A DNA stretch of 41,643 bases. Source: Tubiluchus corallicola (Eukaryota > Animalia > Priapulida). Below are positions 12,805 through 25,961 of the stretch, piece after piece (positions within the stretch are counted from its first letter, which is position 1; each line of letters starts with the position of its first letter). Position numbers and translations under genes: made by a program. Location of the stretch: assembly GCA_030141605.1 (NCBI GenBank), contig JAQGDQ010001430.1, positions 1-41,643 on the forward strand. Reading direction: 5' to 3'. The notes under the pieces were generated by a model, which worked only from the letters and a program-made list of their open reading frames with translations, was not told the origin of the DNA and made no database searches.

Positions 12805-13679
12805 CTAAGAGGTATGCAAGTCAAAACTTCTTCACAATGATTGGTCTAACGAGTGACAATGCACTGACTTTTCGGCCAATCAGTGACAATTACTCCACCC
12901 TCACTGATGTCAGTCGTGCCATGTACAGAGCTGGGCTGGACCACTGTGACCTCATCATCGGCATAGACTTCACTGCTAGTAATGAATGGCAAGGGCGGAA
13001 GACCTTCAATGGGGAAAGTCTGCATTCAAGGCATGGGAACAAGATATATAATCCATATCAGAAAGTTATTGCTATACTAGGTGAAACCCTTGAACCATTT
13101 GCACACGAGAAAAAACTAATACACGCATTTGGCTTCGGTGATCTGACGACGCAGGCACACTCCGTGTTTCCGTTAAAGTCTAATTGGCTGCCCTGTCAGG
13201 GGTTTTACGAAGTGTTACATTACTATAACAATATAGTTCAAAATACCGTGCTGAGCGGACCAACCAGTTTTGCACCGCTCATAGAAAAAGCCATCGAAAT
13301 TGTGAAATTAAAAGAGGAATATCATATTCTCGTGATCATTGCCGATGGACAGATGGAAATGGAACAGCCATCGATTGACGCTATCGTTGCAGCGTCGCAT
13401 TACGCATTAAGTATTATCATGGTCGGCGTTGGCGACGGACCTTGGGACATGATGGAGGAGTTCGACGACCAGTTACCGCAGAGGAGATTTGATAACTTTC
13501 AGTTTGTGAACTACCATCAGACAACGCGCAAAGCCAAGAATCCCGAAGCTAGTTTTGCCTTGCACTCTCTGATGGAGGTACCAGCACAGTACAAGGCAAT
13601 ACAATCACTAGAATACTTGTTCAAACGCAATACTCGTAACTGTGAAGCAAGTACAAGTGTTCAAGGTCTGTTTGTTTAA
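12805..13679 (+). CDS. Copine-like gene coding exon 2: copine/RGLG-type vWA domain (spliced protein ~344 aa, no C2 or RING domain)
   Basis: LIIGIDFTASNEWQG (MIDAS-like), NPYQKVI, FGFGD, LSGPTSFAPLI, YHILVIIADG, LSIIMVGVGDGPW, RRFDNFQFV, LMEVPAQY; acceptor TTTCAG at 12804. Confidence 0.93.
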
Positions 13680-13694
13680 CACATTCCACAACAA

Positions 13695-14081
13695 TAAGCT
13701 TTTCACAGTTTCACTGTGCGCACGCACAGTTGCTGCAGGTCGAAGGTGAAGTGTACCATAGCAACACATCTTAACTACAACCGTCAAGTGTTGTGTAAAG
13801 CAAAGCCGTCTGTCGCATCAGTTCAGTAACTTTGGTTGTTTTACGTGGACCTTACTTCGTTATGCATTAGTCTGTGCATAGAGTGATTTACCAACAGGAT
13901 CTTGCTTAGGAACAAGAAAAAATGAACTAGGTAAAGTTCTAGCTAGGTGTTAAAACTGCTACTGTCACAGTAGCTTGGGCTACGAGTCATTGTCAAGTGT
14001 ACACAAATGCGTTATCTGGTACACTTAACATTTGACTTTTTCATGCTCCACCAATAATCGCTGGAACTGTGAAAAGGCTTA
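13695..14081 (+). mobile_element. MITE family X, copy 2 (in copine 3' UTR)
   Basis: Same TIRs and body as 9764-10141; starts 16 nt after the stop codon; AATAAA at 14086. Confidence 0.85.
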
Positions 14082-14189
14082 CTGAAATAAAAACCTCTAT
14101 TGCCTTAACATCATATTATTGTATGGGAGGTTCTGCAAATTTTGCAAAGATGTGGTTACTGAAATAATGTTTAAATTGAACTTACTACT

Positions 14190-14281
14190 CAATAATGACT
14201 AACAAAAAACAAGCACTGCACTGAATCCGCTATGGATCAATAATGACTAACAAAAAACAAGCACTGCACTGAATCCGCTAT
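14190..14281. repeat. 48-bp-period tandem duplication (2 copies)
   Basis: CAATAATGACTAACAAAAAACAAGCACTGCACTGAATCCGCTAT present twice. Confidence 0.9.
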
Positions 14282-15760
14282 AGATTTAACTGCGCAGCCC
14301 AGCCATGATGAATTTAGTGAGATAGCTCGACAATAAACCAAAAATTTGAATACGGAAATTTAAATTTCCTGAATTTGTTTTTCAATATCCGTGCAAGTAT
14401 AGATTTAAATGCCACACATGCAAAGATAGATTGCTAGTCAATAGCCACATGCACAAAGTGATGTAACAATGGATACCATGTTGTGCAATAGAAAACTGCA
14501 GGTCGTTTGTACGACAAAAACAACCATCCAAGGTAACACTCTCTGTCTGTGCATGCGTGGCATTTAAATCTATGCATGCAGCCAGCATCACTTACTGCAG
14601 ATTTTTGATTTAGAAACGTGCACTAAAGATTCCTGCTATTGCAAAATTGTACTCATGGGTTACATTATTGCTAACTGCACTCAAAATCCATTAAGTTTCT
14701 AGTAAATAACTTCAGCAAGGATATATAATCACTAATCAGTAATGTTCTGAAACTCGTAGGTTTAGGCTTATCATAGCTCCGAAACAAAGATCTGTTTTCA
14801 TTTCTTTTTAATTATTCAATTTAGATTTGCCTAGTATTACCACGAGGAAGAGTGCATAATAAATTCACATTACAAGAAGATGAATAGATTTTCAAACACT
14901 GTACTCCTGACTGCAGAACAAAATATTGATTTTTATTTACTTGGTGATACAAGAATCGTGTGAAATAAAATGACACAATAATTATTAATGACAAGACTTC
15001 ATTGTGTTCATTAATACCTGTTAATACATGATGTAAAGTGATAGTAGAATATTTGATGTTATTTTTCCAAGTATTTTGCAATTTACATACATACATTATA
15101 GTGAAATACAGAAGTATTTATTTAAAAAAAAAACGATGTTCAGTATTTTGCTGTAACATTACCAGAAATCATCCAAATTTTAGGCAACTAAAACTGATGA
15201 ATGATTCTCTCAAAAACAATTATGGTAAAACTGAATGCTTAAAATTAGAGAGTTTCTCCTACAATCACAGAACAATTTTTTGTGATTGTGGGTGCAGAAC
15301 TGACGTCATCCTAATTGAATCCTCAGTCATGATGATCGTAGACTAGATTCATTTGTAGTTTAAAGCACGTTCTACAATTACAAGCGGACTGTACCTTTTT
15401 TACGGCGAGCGCTGAAAGTTTCTATATGATTTTCAGCTAAATAGTACCAACACGCGTACTTGAGTTTACGATTGTGTGCTTTCTCACTCTGTGACGTCTA
15501 AAGAATTTAAAACAATTAAATTCTTCAAAAATTCGTCCACAGAGTCGAGAACTGTAGCGAAACCAACTTCTGACCGTGACAGTAGCGGAAACTCTCTATT
15601 ATGAGTTTATGTGAAAACAGTACATAGCATAATTTAATTACTGTACATGATTACTTTGCTAAGCAGCATTCGTTGCTGTATTATATTAAGAAAAAGAACC
15701 ATACAAATCACTTATATGAAAATTACATAAATAAGAATTACAGTTATATAACGATTAGAT

Positions 15761-16260
15761 CAGGGGTGTGCAAATTGCGGCCCGCGGGCCACTTGCGGCC
15801 CGCCGAGAGAATTAGTGCGGCCTGCGAAGAGACTTGTCGACCTAATGAAAGTGCGGCCCGGGCGATTAATTGAGTGTATCCAGCTGAAGTCCGTGCCATG
15901 ATCCCAAAGATAGTGCGGGTAGTTTTTTCTACTAGATCGGATGCCATTAACCCTTACAAGACGGTTGTAGCTTAATGTCACTGTACTACACAGACTGTGT
16001 GATACACATTACTAATATGCATTGTAATGAAATTACCACTATCTGTCCTGAAAGTAGAAATATGTGGTTTGTAATATAAATTTTAATAACTTCTAAAATA
16101 GTTTCTTGAGTGTAGAGGTAATGATGTACGCAGGTCGGATGTGAAAAAATCGTTATTAGGCCTTTCTGTACTTGGCTCCTTGATCAAACTGCCTGTGGCC
16201 CGCAGGAATTGCGAGAAAGTTTAATGTGGCCCGGCTAGTCAGATAATTTGCACACCCCTG
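15761..16260. mobile_element. Non-autonomous hAT (Charlie-like) MITE, 500 bp
   Basis: Perfect 16-bp TIR CAGGGGTGTGCAAATT / AATTTGCACACCCCTG; perfect 8-bp TSD GATTAGAT (15753-15760, 16261-16268); subterminal GCGGCCC repeats. Confidence 0.95.
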
Positions 16261-18440
16261 GATTAGATGATTATTATTACTGTAAAATATTCATAATTAT
16301 AAAGATAATGCCACCATTAAGCAAAAAAAAAAACACACCAACGTGGGAAAATTTTTCTGGAATATAAATAACATAATGTAATATGAAATACTGAATTGTG
16401 CCATAGCATTTCGTATGTATTAAAGTTAAAGTAACTCAAACACATTATGAGCAGTAATTAACTGAAACAATATAATGAAATAATAGATTCAAGATGAGAT
16501 ATAAGATCAAATAGCAAGATGAGGAAAAAAGAGATATGTCAAAAATCACTAGAACTAAAAATCCTTGATTATAAACTACATTTAGACAAACTAATTATCG
16601 ATACTTTGCACTCACTAAAACTGCTTAGAATGCTTAAACAGTGCTACCATAATTACTAATCATCAAATTAGTTAATAAACAAATATATAAGTTTATAACG
16701 ATGCATAAAATCCTTGATTTGCTTTAAATAAGACCTGCATGTTATCTATATTACTTGAATTTCTTGACCCAAAAGCAGCACGCTGTGGTCAAGCAAAACG
16801 CCAAGAACTCTTTACAATCATAGATCATACATTACATTACACTGCTAGACAATAATGACGTTATCCATCAAATATAAATAAACTTGTTACTACTGACTAG
16901 AAAATCGCGAGATTAGTCCTCCTTCAACAACAGCTGCTACTCCAATGAGACAACAGTAATGAAACCATTAAATAACATTCAAAACATGAAACGTTCTTAG
17001 CAATCTCAAATAGTAGTACAACTTCCAAAAAGTTTGCATCTTCAAAGTGTAAAAGTAAATATAGAGTACAAAGCTATAGAAATAGACTAGTGTTGCATCA
17101 GTCAATGCATACATTGTCATTAGTTCTAACTACTAGTCGTAATAACAGCAGGTTGTGCCCTAGCTTCTTCTATTTTCCTGTTTTGTTTCACTATTATCGA
17201 CTAAAGAGATACCAAACAGCACACAAAGATGCTATATGAGTATTTGAATATGAATAACTAATTATGCACAGTCACAATTAACACATACTAAGCTTTTAAC
17301 ACGGTTGCTACATTACGATTTACTTTGGTTTATTAAATGGCCACAAAAAAGAGGCTCAAAAACTGACTTTAAAGGAAAATATTTGGATTTTTACAACAAC
17401 AGAAATAACAAATGACCGTGCGACTGATGACATGCTTATTAAAAGTGACAGATTTCCGATGTTTTGACGAAACTCAGGGCCAACTATCACACATTATCAA
17501 AGCAAAACAGATCAGACTTTCTCAAAATGAATGGAAGCTAGCAATGAAACATAACTGCTCATAAGAAAATTGAGTATTGCATTCGAAATTTGAAAACTTC
17601 GAAAATTTTTAACACGAAGACCTTGCGAACTGCATCAAAAAGATTTACAAAGTTAATCATTAAGCAAAATAAGCGTGACCTTACGGCCTCGGCGGATCCA
17701 CACAATTTTTTTCAAATTAAATTATATTTTCAGTAAATATACTGGAATGTTTCTAATATCACTTTTTTACGCAATATAAGGCAGATATCCTACCATTTAT
17801 TCTAAATGAGTCTTATTGCAAGTTTTTTTTCATGTGGGCAGCATTTTTAGTAACTATTTTAGTATACACTTTTACTGATTACTATAGATTAATTGTAAAC
17901 TCATAAATTTAAACGATTCAATCATCATTTTTTACCAACAGATCTATGCCTTTAAAGCAAGAGAGGAGTTCAATTTAAAAATATTGTAAAACAAAGAAGA
18001 AAATGTTTGCCATCCCATTAGCAATCAAAGAGCCCACGGTTCAATTCCAGCCTAGACGATTAATTTTTTGTCACTAAAATTATCATACTGTGAAATAACT
18101 TATTTTGGCCGTACTAAAATTTCACGCATTTGCATTTTACCCCTTTATAACAGCAGACAGATTAGACTACTTCACCAAGCCAATGCAAAGAATAAAAACA
18201 AAGCTGTGTATTCTGAGTATTTGATCTACTGCTATTTAGCAAGTCTTTAATGTCCTCGTCAAGCAACTAGTAACATCATTAACAAAGTGTTCAAATTAGT
18301 TGACCATTAGTTATCACGGTGCAGTATACACGTTTTCCTATGCATACAATACATAAACTACTAACCAGACATGCAAAATTTCTTTTTTATCATAGGTACC
18401 AAAACAATGCTCAAATTTCATTGCCGCCTTTAAATGCCAA

Positions 18441-18920
18441 CAGGGCTGTGAACTCAGAGTCGTGGAGTCGGCAGTAAATGTACTGCTAAAGGAGTCAGAG
18501 GTGTTAGAACTTAGAGTTTTGGAGTCGGAGTCAGGACGCGGGAGCGCACTTATTGTTAGAGGAATCAGTTGCAGTCAGTAAAAAATAGAGAAACTCAAAA
18601 TCCAGTTACTTTTAAGTTTTAACAAATTTGTGCATGAAGTCCCATTATGGGATGCTTTCGTTGTTTATGCGGCTAGACTGTTTTTTGACCATAAGAAGTA
18701 GTGATGAAATGCCACTGTAGCTAAATATTGAGAGTGCTATAAACTTTACTTAAAGGCAGGAGTAGGAGTTGGAGTCAGGAGTTAGGGCTCCTAAAATTTT
18801 AGGAGTCAGAGTTGGATTTAAAATTTTAGGAGCCGGAGTCAGAGTTGGATCTTCTAAAATTCTAGGAGTTGGAGTCGGAGAGCCCACTCAGGAGTTTAAT
18901 GTGCTGACTCCACAGCCCCA
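18441..18920. mobile_element. hAT-like MITE with GGAGTC subterminal repeats
   Basis: Ends CAGGGCTGTG... and ...GACTCCACAGCCC; many GGAGTC(A/G)G repeats; flanks AATGCCAA / AATTCCAC are a 6/8 TSD match. Confidence 0.75.
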
Positions 18921-20183
18921 AATTCCACTTTATTATTTTATAATAAAGCACTAGTTTAGCATCATTGCTTGGTTACTTGGTATAAAAGTCTAATAACTTC
19001 ATGTAGGTGATGAGATTAGTTGGTTACGAAATAGCATGGTGAACGTACTTGCAAGCTGCCAGGTCGGCTGAGTACTTTCCATGCACTCAAGCTGCAAGGA
19101 TCTCATCAAATTTACGGAGCAAATTTGGTCAGCTGGTTACAATGAACCTGCCAAAACAATGAAGGATATTCAACATGTTTCGCTATCTTATATTCCAGAA
19201 TTCTAAAATGAATCTGCTGTCAAAACAGGTAAAAGCAGCAATTAATCCAGCAAAAAAAACTAGCACTGTTGTACCAGACATGGCTAAAAAAAAAATTACA
19301 GCAATTTACCAGTGACAACTTTAACAGGAAACCTGGTATTATACTGTACTACATTGTAAAGCCCATGCTAAAGACCGAAGTGCAACTTTTCCGCATTTTG
19401 GATAAACTTAATATACATTTATAGTAGCTGAACTGTACTTTTGCATGTTCGTGCTTTTGCTCAAAAGTTACTGATTGAAATAAGTGAAATTAAGTTGGCA
19501 GTGAAATAAATTATTTCACAGTAATTCAACCTGCCCAACAGCATCTGAACCCTGAGAAAAGAACCAAGCAGTAGCAAAATGAGCACCGTGGCTGAGATAT
19601 TTGTTATCTCATGCTGATTTGGGACAACTGCAAAAAACAGTGGCAGTTTTCAGGAATCACGCAGTGGATCTGGTAACTACAAAATCAGTGGCTAACTCCA
19701 GGTCGAGTTTAATGTCACCACAAACATCTTTGACAACAATTGTGCAATTTTTCACATCACAAAAGACTTCTTTTATGACAACTGTGCAATTCTGCATCAT
19801 AGCTCAACACTAGTAACTCTTTCTCCTGCTTGAATATTTTTCACAATTTGTCTTTCTTGTTCTCAACTAAAACGTCACATCAAAATGCCTATATTTTCAC
19901 GTTAAATTCTTAACGATGAAAGTTAAGCAACACTGAACCTAGTTTGTGAATGACCAGTGTAAGAACTGCTTCTGCATAGTTTCACCTACCACATTTCTCT
20001 CAGCTTATAACCAAAACTCTACTGTAACATCTTAGAGAATTATAATTGCTAAAGCGCTAGGTTCCAGTTTGCTACATCTAAAAACAAGGATTGTTGAAGC
20101 TTAATAAATAATAATAATTCTTATTATGCTAATGTTATACTACCACAACAAGAGATTCTGTACTCTCCTCCAGCAAGTTCAAC

Positions 20184-21245
20184 TTAATGGGATGCAGTGT
20201 TTACTTCGTCTATCGGAGGGTTCAGATGTTGAAAGTAAGTAAGACCAGACGTGTCGAACCAGGAGAAATCGACAAAACTGTTAGGATTCAAGTAAGCGTC
20301 CTGGTTGAAATGGAATAAACGGCTCAGTATTAGTGTTATCACAGACTGGTCAAAGCGGTGGCAACAGTGGCCGACTGGCTTGAATTCGTACTGAAAGTCA
20401 CAGGGTGCTTGATACGCCCCTGCGGGTGCGATGCAAGGTTCATACAAACTGCAGACCAACCACGGTAAAAACACGTTGTCGTACGTCCACTTGTTTTTGT
20501 ACATGGCAATAGCGCCACCTGCGACTGATTTCTGAGTAACAAACTCCGCGGACTTTTCGTTAAAATATTCAAATAGTTTGTCGTGTGTAAAGCAACGCAT
20601 CATACGTCTGTTGCTCCATACGGCAAAACTGATGTGATGCGGGATGGACCGTGACAGAGCGGTGACATACCTGGGACTGACATGCGAGCCAACCGGTCGT
20701 GCCGAGGTGTCGAGCCACAACACGTATCCAAATTCCGAGAGAGCTTCTTGCAGGATCACAGCTTTGAACGCATAATTTTTGAGATTCCTTATGTGGCTAG
20801 GATAAGCATCAAAATTAAACTCACGAAAAGTGCAGTTGCAATGCAATTTCAAAAATTGTCTCTGCTGCTCAGACAAGCCAAGATCATAGACAACTAACTG
20901 GAATTGACGCTCCAATGTTACTTGAAACATTTCGACCAATCCCAGCCCTTCCACAAAATGCGACGAATCAAAGCCGGTCACAAAAACTGGCAGTGAGAGA
21001 AGGCTTAAGCCATTGTGCTGTGTAAAGGGGATAATGTATGAGTGCACGTGCGGCAAAGTCTTCAAAGTTACGGCTCTGATTTTATTGTAATCGCTTTGTA
21101 AAATATGCCCAGTTTGATTAGTGATCATGCGTATTTTGACAGTTACTGGAAAAATTCGCCACCAGGCGAATAAGATCAAAATCGCAACACTCAGAAAAGC
21201 GGCAACCAGAAACACAGTGCGCCGGTTTTTCATGATTGCAAGCAT
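20184..21245 (-). CDS. DUF1647-family type II membrane protein (353 aa; putative glycosyltransferase-like), uninterrupted CDS
   Basis: Short basic N-terminus and TM helix (VFLVAAFLSVAILILFAWW); motifs VFVTGFDSSHF.E, VYDLGLS, NYAFK..I, VLWLDTS, WL.CSL...CIAP.GA, CHRFDQS recognised as DUF1647-type; splice acceptor upstream at 21295. Confidence 0.85.
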   Translation of the reverse strand: MLAIMKNRRTVFLVAAFLSVAILILFAWWRIFPVTVKIRMITNQTGHILQSDYNKIRAVTLKTLPHVHSYIIPFTQHNGLSLLSLPVFVTGFDSSHFVEGLGLVEMFQVTLERQFQLVVYDLGLSEQQRQFLKLHCNCTFREFNFDAYPSHIRNLKNYAFKAVILQEALSEFGYVLWLDTSARPVGSHVSPRYVTALSRSIPHHISFAVWSNRRMMRCFTHDKLFEYFNEKSAEFVTQKSVAGGAIAMYKNKWTYDNVFLPWLVCSLYEPCIAPAGAYQAPCDFQYEFKPVGHCCHRFDQSVITLILSRLFHFNQDAYLNPNSFVDFSWFDTSGLTYFQHLNPPIDEVNTASH

Positions 21246-22399
21246 CGCGGTTTTCTAACCTTCAATGTAAAAAAACCACTAAGATGTGAATCATCTGCAT
21301 GCAGAAGCAAGAATCAATCACTGTAAGTATCTTATAGGTAACACTTCTTGAAGCTGCCATAGCATGTACAATAACAGCTCGGAATGATGGATTCAGCACC
21401 AAAACAAGTGAACGCTCTTCTAAAGAGGTTATAGATAAGTGAAAAAGCTTAACAAGCAAACAAAAAAACTCAAGCACTACTAAAAACTGACATCTGTACT
21501 ATCACCTGATGTTTATCCTAATAATAAACTCATTGAAAGAAAAAACACTGGCAGATCACCGAAAAGGTAACTTAAAAGGTAACAGCTTCAGGTAATGGGG
21601 TTGAAAAACATTCCAGACATTTGCTACACGATCTGAAAAAGAAAAATGGATTTATATAACAAGCAAAAATTTATAGCACAAGAAAACATTCTTCATAAAT
21701 AAAGCTTTAACAATTCACCTTGAAATTACACATTTCTTATTGCACACAGAGCTTGCCTTAGCAGTAATGCTGTATGTAAATTGACAGTAGGTCATTTGAA
21801 GCAAGTTTGGATAACACTGAGTAAAGTTTGAAGAAATAATCAGAGTATTCATAGCACGCATTTCACTAATTAAGCAAAAATAGAAATTAGCATATCTTAT
21901 CAATAAGATTAATAACGGGTTTCTCGTGAATCAGTGGTGCACACTGGGATGGTGATACAGTGCTGCTTTACCAGGTGGCACAATATTTAAAATTATTAAG
22001 AAATTTGTTTTCTAGTTACACAAGTCTGACAAGCATAGCCTGTAAGCGTACTGCTAAATAATATAACTGCGTATAAGTTTTTTGAGACGTACTTTAAAAC
22101 TGCTTTACCTTCCCCTTTAAGTAATAATTCACCATATTTCGTTCACTACTTCACAAGATATATAGATGTGGAGTTACTTAATAGCAAACAGTAGTATCTA
22201 TTGCACCTTTTTTTTAATTCGAAACTATCAATAATATAAGATTATTGTGTTAGAATTCCGTTTATTTTTGGGATCCTGTTTTTAGTGTGATGATAGTGGC
22301 AGATGTATATTTACTTGTGAATGAAGGCCACAGCAATTTTGAGGGTAAATGAAAGTGTTTGAAAATGAAATGAACAATGACGTACATATATTTTGGAGC

Positions 22400-23055
22400 T
22401 GTTACACTTTCGCACCTCCTAGTTTTTTCTAGGTTATTACTTGTTTCTAGGCTCATAGGTCGTTATTCTATTATTCACACGTCATCAGTGAATGTTTCCG
22501 CTAATCTCGTGGTAATTTACTCATATATTTAGTATATAATTACCAATAATTACGTTGTATTCACAGTTGTGCACTATACAGTTCGTATCGCCATCATGTT
22601 TGTGTGTGTAGTCACGTGACGAATTTCGTACTAGTTTATGCATTATCAGGGCCTAGCTTAAAAGGCACGTGACACACTTTTATTTACGAAATAAAGAAAA
22701 AACCACATATAATATAATATGTGGGAACACTGTAATACGATACAAACTCCTGTGACTGCAACCATAATAAACATAAATTATGCAAAGAAACCAAAAATAC
22801 AGGTTAAGGGCCTCATACGCCACTGCGCGAGAGCGATTGCGCATTAGTGGTGTAAACACAGTTATTCACGTGGAGCTTCTTGCGTGTTGGTGACGGTAAG
22901 TAATGTATGACTTTAATTTGGAATTGTAAGGCCTAAAAACCAATAATATTATGGGAATATGGTGTATATTTCGCCTGTTGGTCTACTTTCTGGCCTGCAG
23001 GCGTGAAAACAAACAATAGGCCAGAAAAAACTAGGAGGTGCGAAAGTGTAATAAC
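22400..23055. promoter_or_regulatory. Candidate bidirectional promoter with first non-coding exons of the DUF1647 gene (-) and the unknown gene (+)
   Basis: GTCACGTGAC at 22611-22620, CACGTG at 22666 and 22867, CpG-enriched patch ~22820-22845; + donor ACG|GTAAGT at 22895; - strand ATGGCG (YY1-like) at ~22590 and - donor AAC|GTAATT at 22553. Confidence 0.55.
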
Positions 23056-23699
23056 GCCTATATTTTCAAGAAAAGTTTCGCACTTAGCATGAGTTGTCAA
23101 ACGTGTCTAGCTTTAATCCGTAACAGTAATACTAAAAAGTCATAGGCTTCATAAAATTAGGCTAACTATTGCTCTGGATCATAATAAAGTTAATATTATT
23201 TTAAGCCAATTATTTCCAAATAAATAAACAAATTCAAAACTGAATTTCTTTGTATGGGTAGTGAACCTAATATACGTTCATATTTATTAGATTATAGTAA
23301 TACATAGTAATATTAAATTTAATGGCAACTAAGAACAATATCAAAATTGGCATTACGACGTTTTTGTCCTATATTTTTAAGTATATTAAGCGTGACGAGA
23401 CAAATTCTACTTATAATTTCTACCTATTATTTAGAAAGATTTCATTTATCATTCTTACAAAAAATAAATTAGATGAATAACGCTCAAATAACAGCCTTTT
23501 TCTCATCAATTTTACCTTTGATTTTTTGCTCACTGAAGCCGGAATGGCTCAATGGTGCATGTCTTCTCGACGCTTCAGGCAAGTTTAAATTCATGTCACC
23601 GCGAATTTATTTATACGTTCTTATCAGTCTTCACGACATGTACAAGACTATTTTTATTATACTGTTTTGTACTGACACCAACACATGATTAGGTGTTAA

Positions 23700-24680
23700 G
23701 TGAGCCCTCTCTTAGGAACTCCATATTTTTCCGCAAAGTTTCGTCTATGAAGGTTTAGGGTTGACGAGGCAATCAGCTTGCAGGCAAATTTTTAACTATT
23801 TCTTTCATTCAGTTCACTATTCCCACACGATCAAACAATGGTTCTTTTACGAATGTTGAGCAGTGGCCGCTTTAAAAAATTTTAAACTATATCCTCTAGC
23901 TTTTGAATCAACAACTAGATCAAAGAAATTATAGGGCAAACTGTTATATTTCCTAGTCAGTATCAATAGTATCTCTGCAGTGTCTTCTTAATTAAAGCGT
24001 GGTGAAATTGCACTACTTCGATCTTTCTAAATATGTGAGATTTTACAACCGTATCCTGTTCTTGTAGCATGTTTTTACACTCCTTCCAAGATCAATATTT
24101 CGTTCTGAGTCCGATAATGGTGCCAAAGTGGCACACAATAACTAGATGAGGTCACACTAAATCGGTGTATAATTTCAATAATTATTCATTATTTCTAGAA
24201 ACAATGTCACTCTTTAACGGTCCTAAATTCCATATTGCTTTTTTAATAGAGGCAACTCATTGCTGGGGAAATTTCATATCTGATTGATGTTATTATCACG
24301 CCAAGATCACTTTTACTATCTTAACTATGAAGAGTTGTTCCATTCACTTTTAAGATTCCCAGTACCACAATTCATTACCTCACACTCATCAACGTTAAAT
24401 AGCAGCTACGGTCATTAATTCACCAACATGATCATGTTGTAAAACTAACGACTTTACTACAAAATTAATTGAGCTATACAACTTTGTAACACCTGTAGAT
24501 GTTATTATGTGAGTGCAAGCTTCTTTATCATTAATGAAAATATAGAACAACACCGACCTGGGTACCAAACCTAGTGGAATGCCACTTGTCACAAACCTTT
24601 CAGACGATTCTGCTCCATCAAGTACGGCCGTTAGTTTTCTTCCAAACAACCAATCTTCAATGCAGCTGATGTTAATATAT
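23700..24680 (-). mobile_element. Degenerate CR1-like LINE (RT domain to 3' end)
   Basis: VTSGIPLGLVPRSVLFYIFIND resembles SGVPQGSVLGP.LF.IYIND; DLGVII motif near 24300; many stops and frameshifts. Confidence 0.8.
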
Positions 24681-25096
24681 CACATGAAAAACAATGGCGT
24701 TTGTGGACGAAATGTAAAAATGTTTCCTGTGGATTTTCTACTATTTAAATTTTATTTTCATTTTTGTCGCACGTACGTGGGAAACCGAGCACAGAAGCAG
24801 AATGTAAAGAATTCGTAAAATTAATAGCTTACGACACGCCCTCATAAAGATTAATTTACTGACAGACACTTTAAAATTAATCAGTGCATGATTCCTATAC
24901 GTAAGCCACATACATATGTGATATGACAGCCACATATACCTGCATGGCGTAATTGGGTATATCACATAAGTAAGTGCGTAGTAACAAAACAAAACTTCGA
25001 CGTGTTCTACAGAAAATGCTCACATTAATCCGCCGTCATTACTTACTTGCTTCTACGTTCTAGTATATGACGTGTGCCATGCACTCCTACCTGCAG

Positions 25097-25220
25097 CCAC
25101 TGTCCACGATGCATCATCCCTGAAATCTAGAGTTGTATTTACTAAATATTTTTACAATATGGATATCATACACGTTAGTAGCTGGTCCTCTCGGCCTTTT
25201 TGTCGTTTCAAGAACATTGC
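25097..25220 (+). repeat. Dispersed repeat, copy B (see 3742-3857)
   Basis: Direct sequence similarity. Confidence 0.8.
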
Positions 25221-25961
25221 TTGTTTCTTTTCTGTTTTTTCTGGATTATTACGTCATTACAGAGTTTAATTGCTACTTGGCAACCAGTGAAACTCACAAC
25301 ACGATCAGTGATTGATGCAAGCCTGAACGGGTAGGTTAATCTCTTACTACATAAAACATACCTCATTAAAATGTCATTAAATTTAGTGGATCGTTGGCCT
25401 GCAAATTCATTTGATGAAGACCAATAAGGAGAGAAAGAAAGAAAGATATTGGGGGATAGATTGAAAAAACAAGTTCAATAGAAATTAGTGGACACGTTTT
25501 ATTTCGTTTCACAAACCGTTTTCTTTCAAATGACTCCTACATTTTCTAGCTTTTCATCCCTTGTGTCTGTCCACAAATGTCATGATTAAAATAATTACAT
25601 AAGTACACAGTAGGTGGTGAGGCAATACTGCGCTTAATAACGTTGGTTTTAACCATAACTATGGTCTTAACTGATAATAAAGAAAACAAGTACAGTAGTC
25701 TGCGTGATGAAACGAAACGCTGGACCAAAACGAGCTATGATTATATTATGTTATTTAACCCAAAAAACGTTGATTTTACTAATTCCACTTGTCTTAGCAG
25801 CTTAATTTTGCATTGTAATCATTATCACTGTATCAAGTCATTTTTGGATTAAGCAAAAATTGCACTGCTGACACTGACGTTCTGTGTTTTCAATTATAAG
25901 ATAAAAACTTGTTGTTCTAGGTTTAATAAAAGAAGCTTGGAGAAAAACTGCTACAACTGAC

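Noticed and set aside
17369-17956. Kolobok-like element bounded by TTAAAGG...CCTTTAA
   Set aside because: Terminal similarity beyond the first few bases is too weak to call by eye
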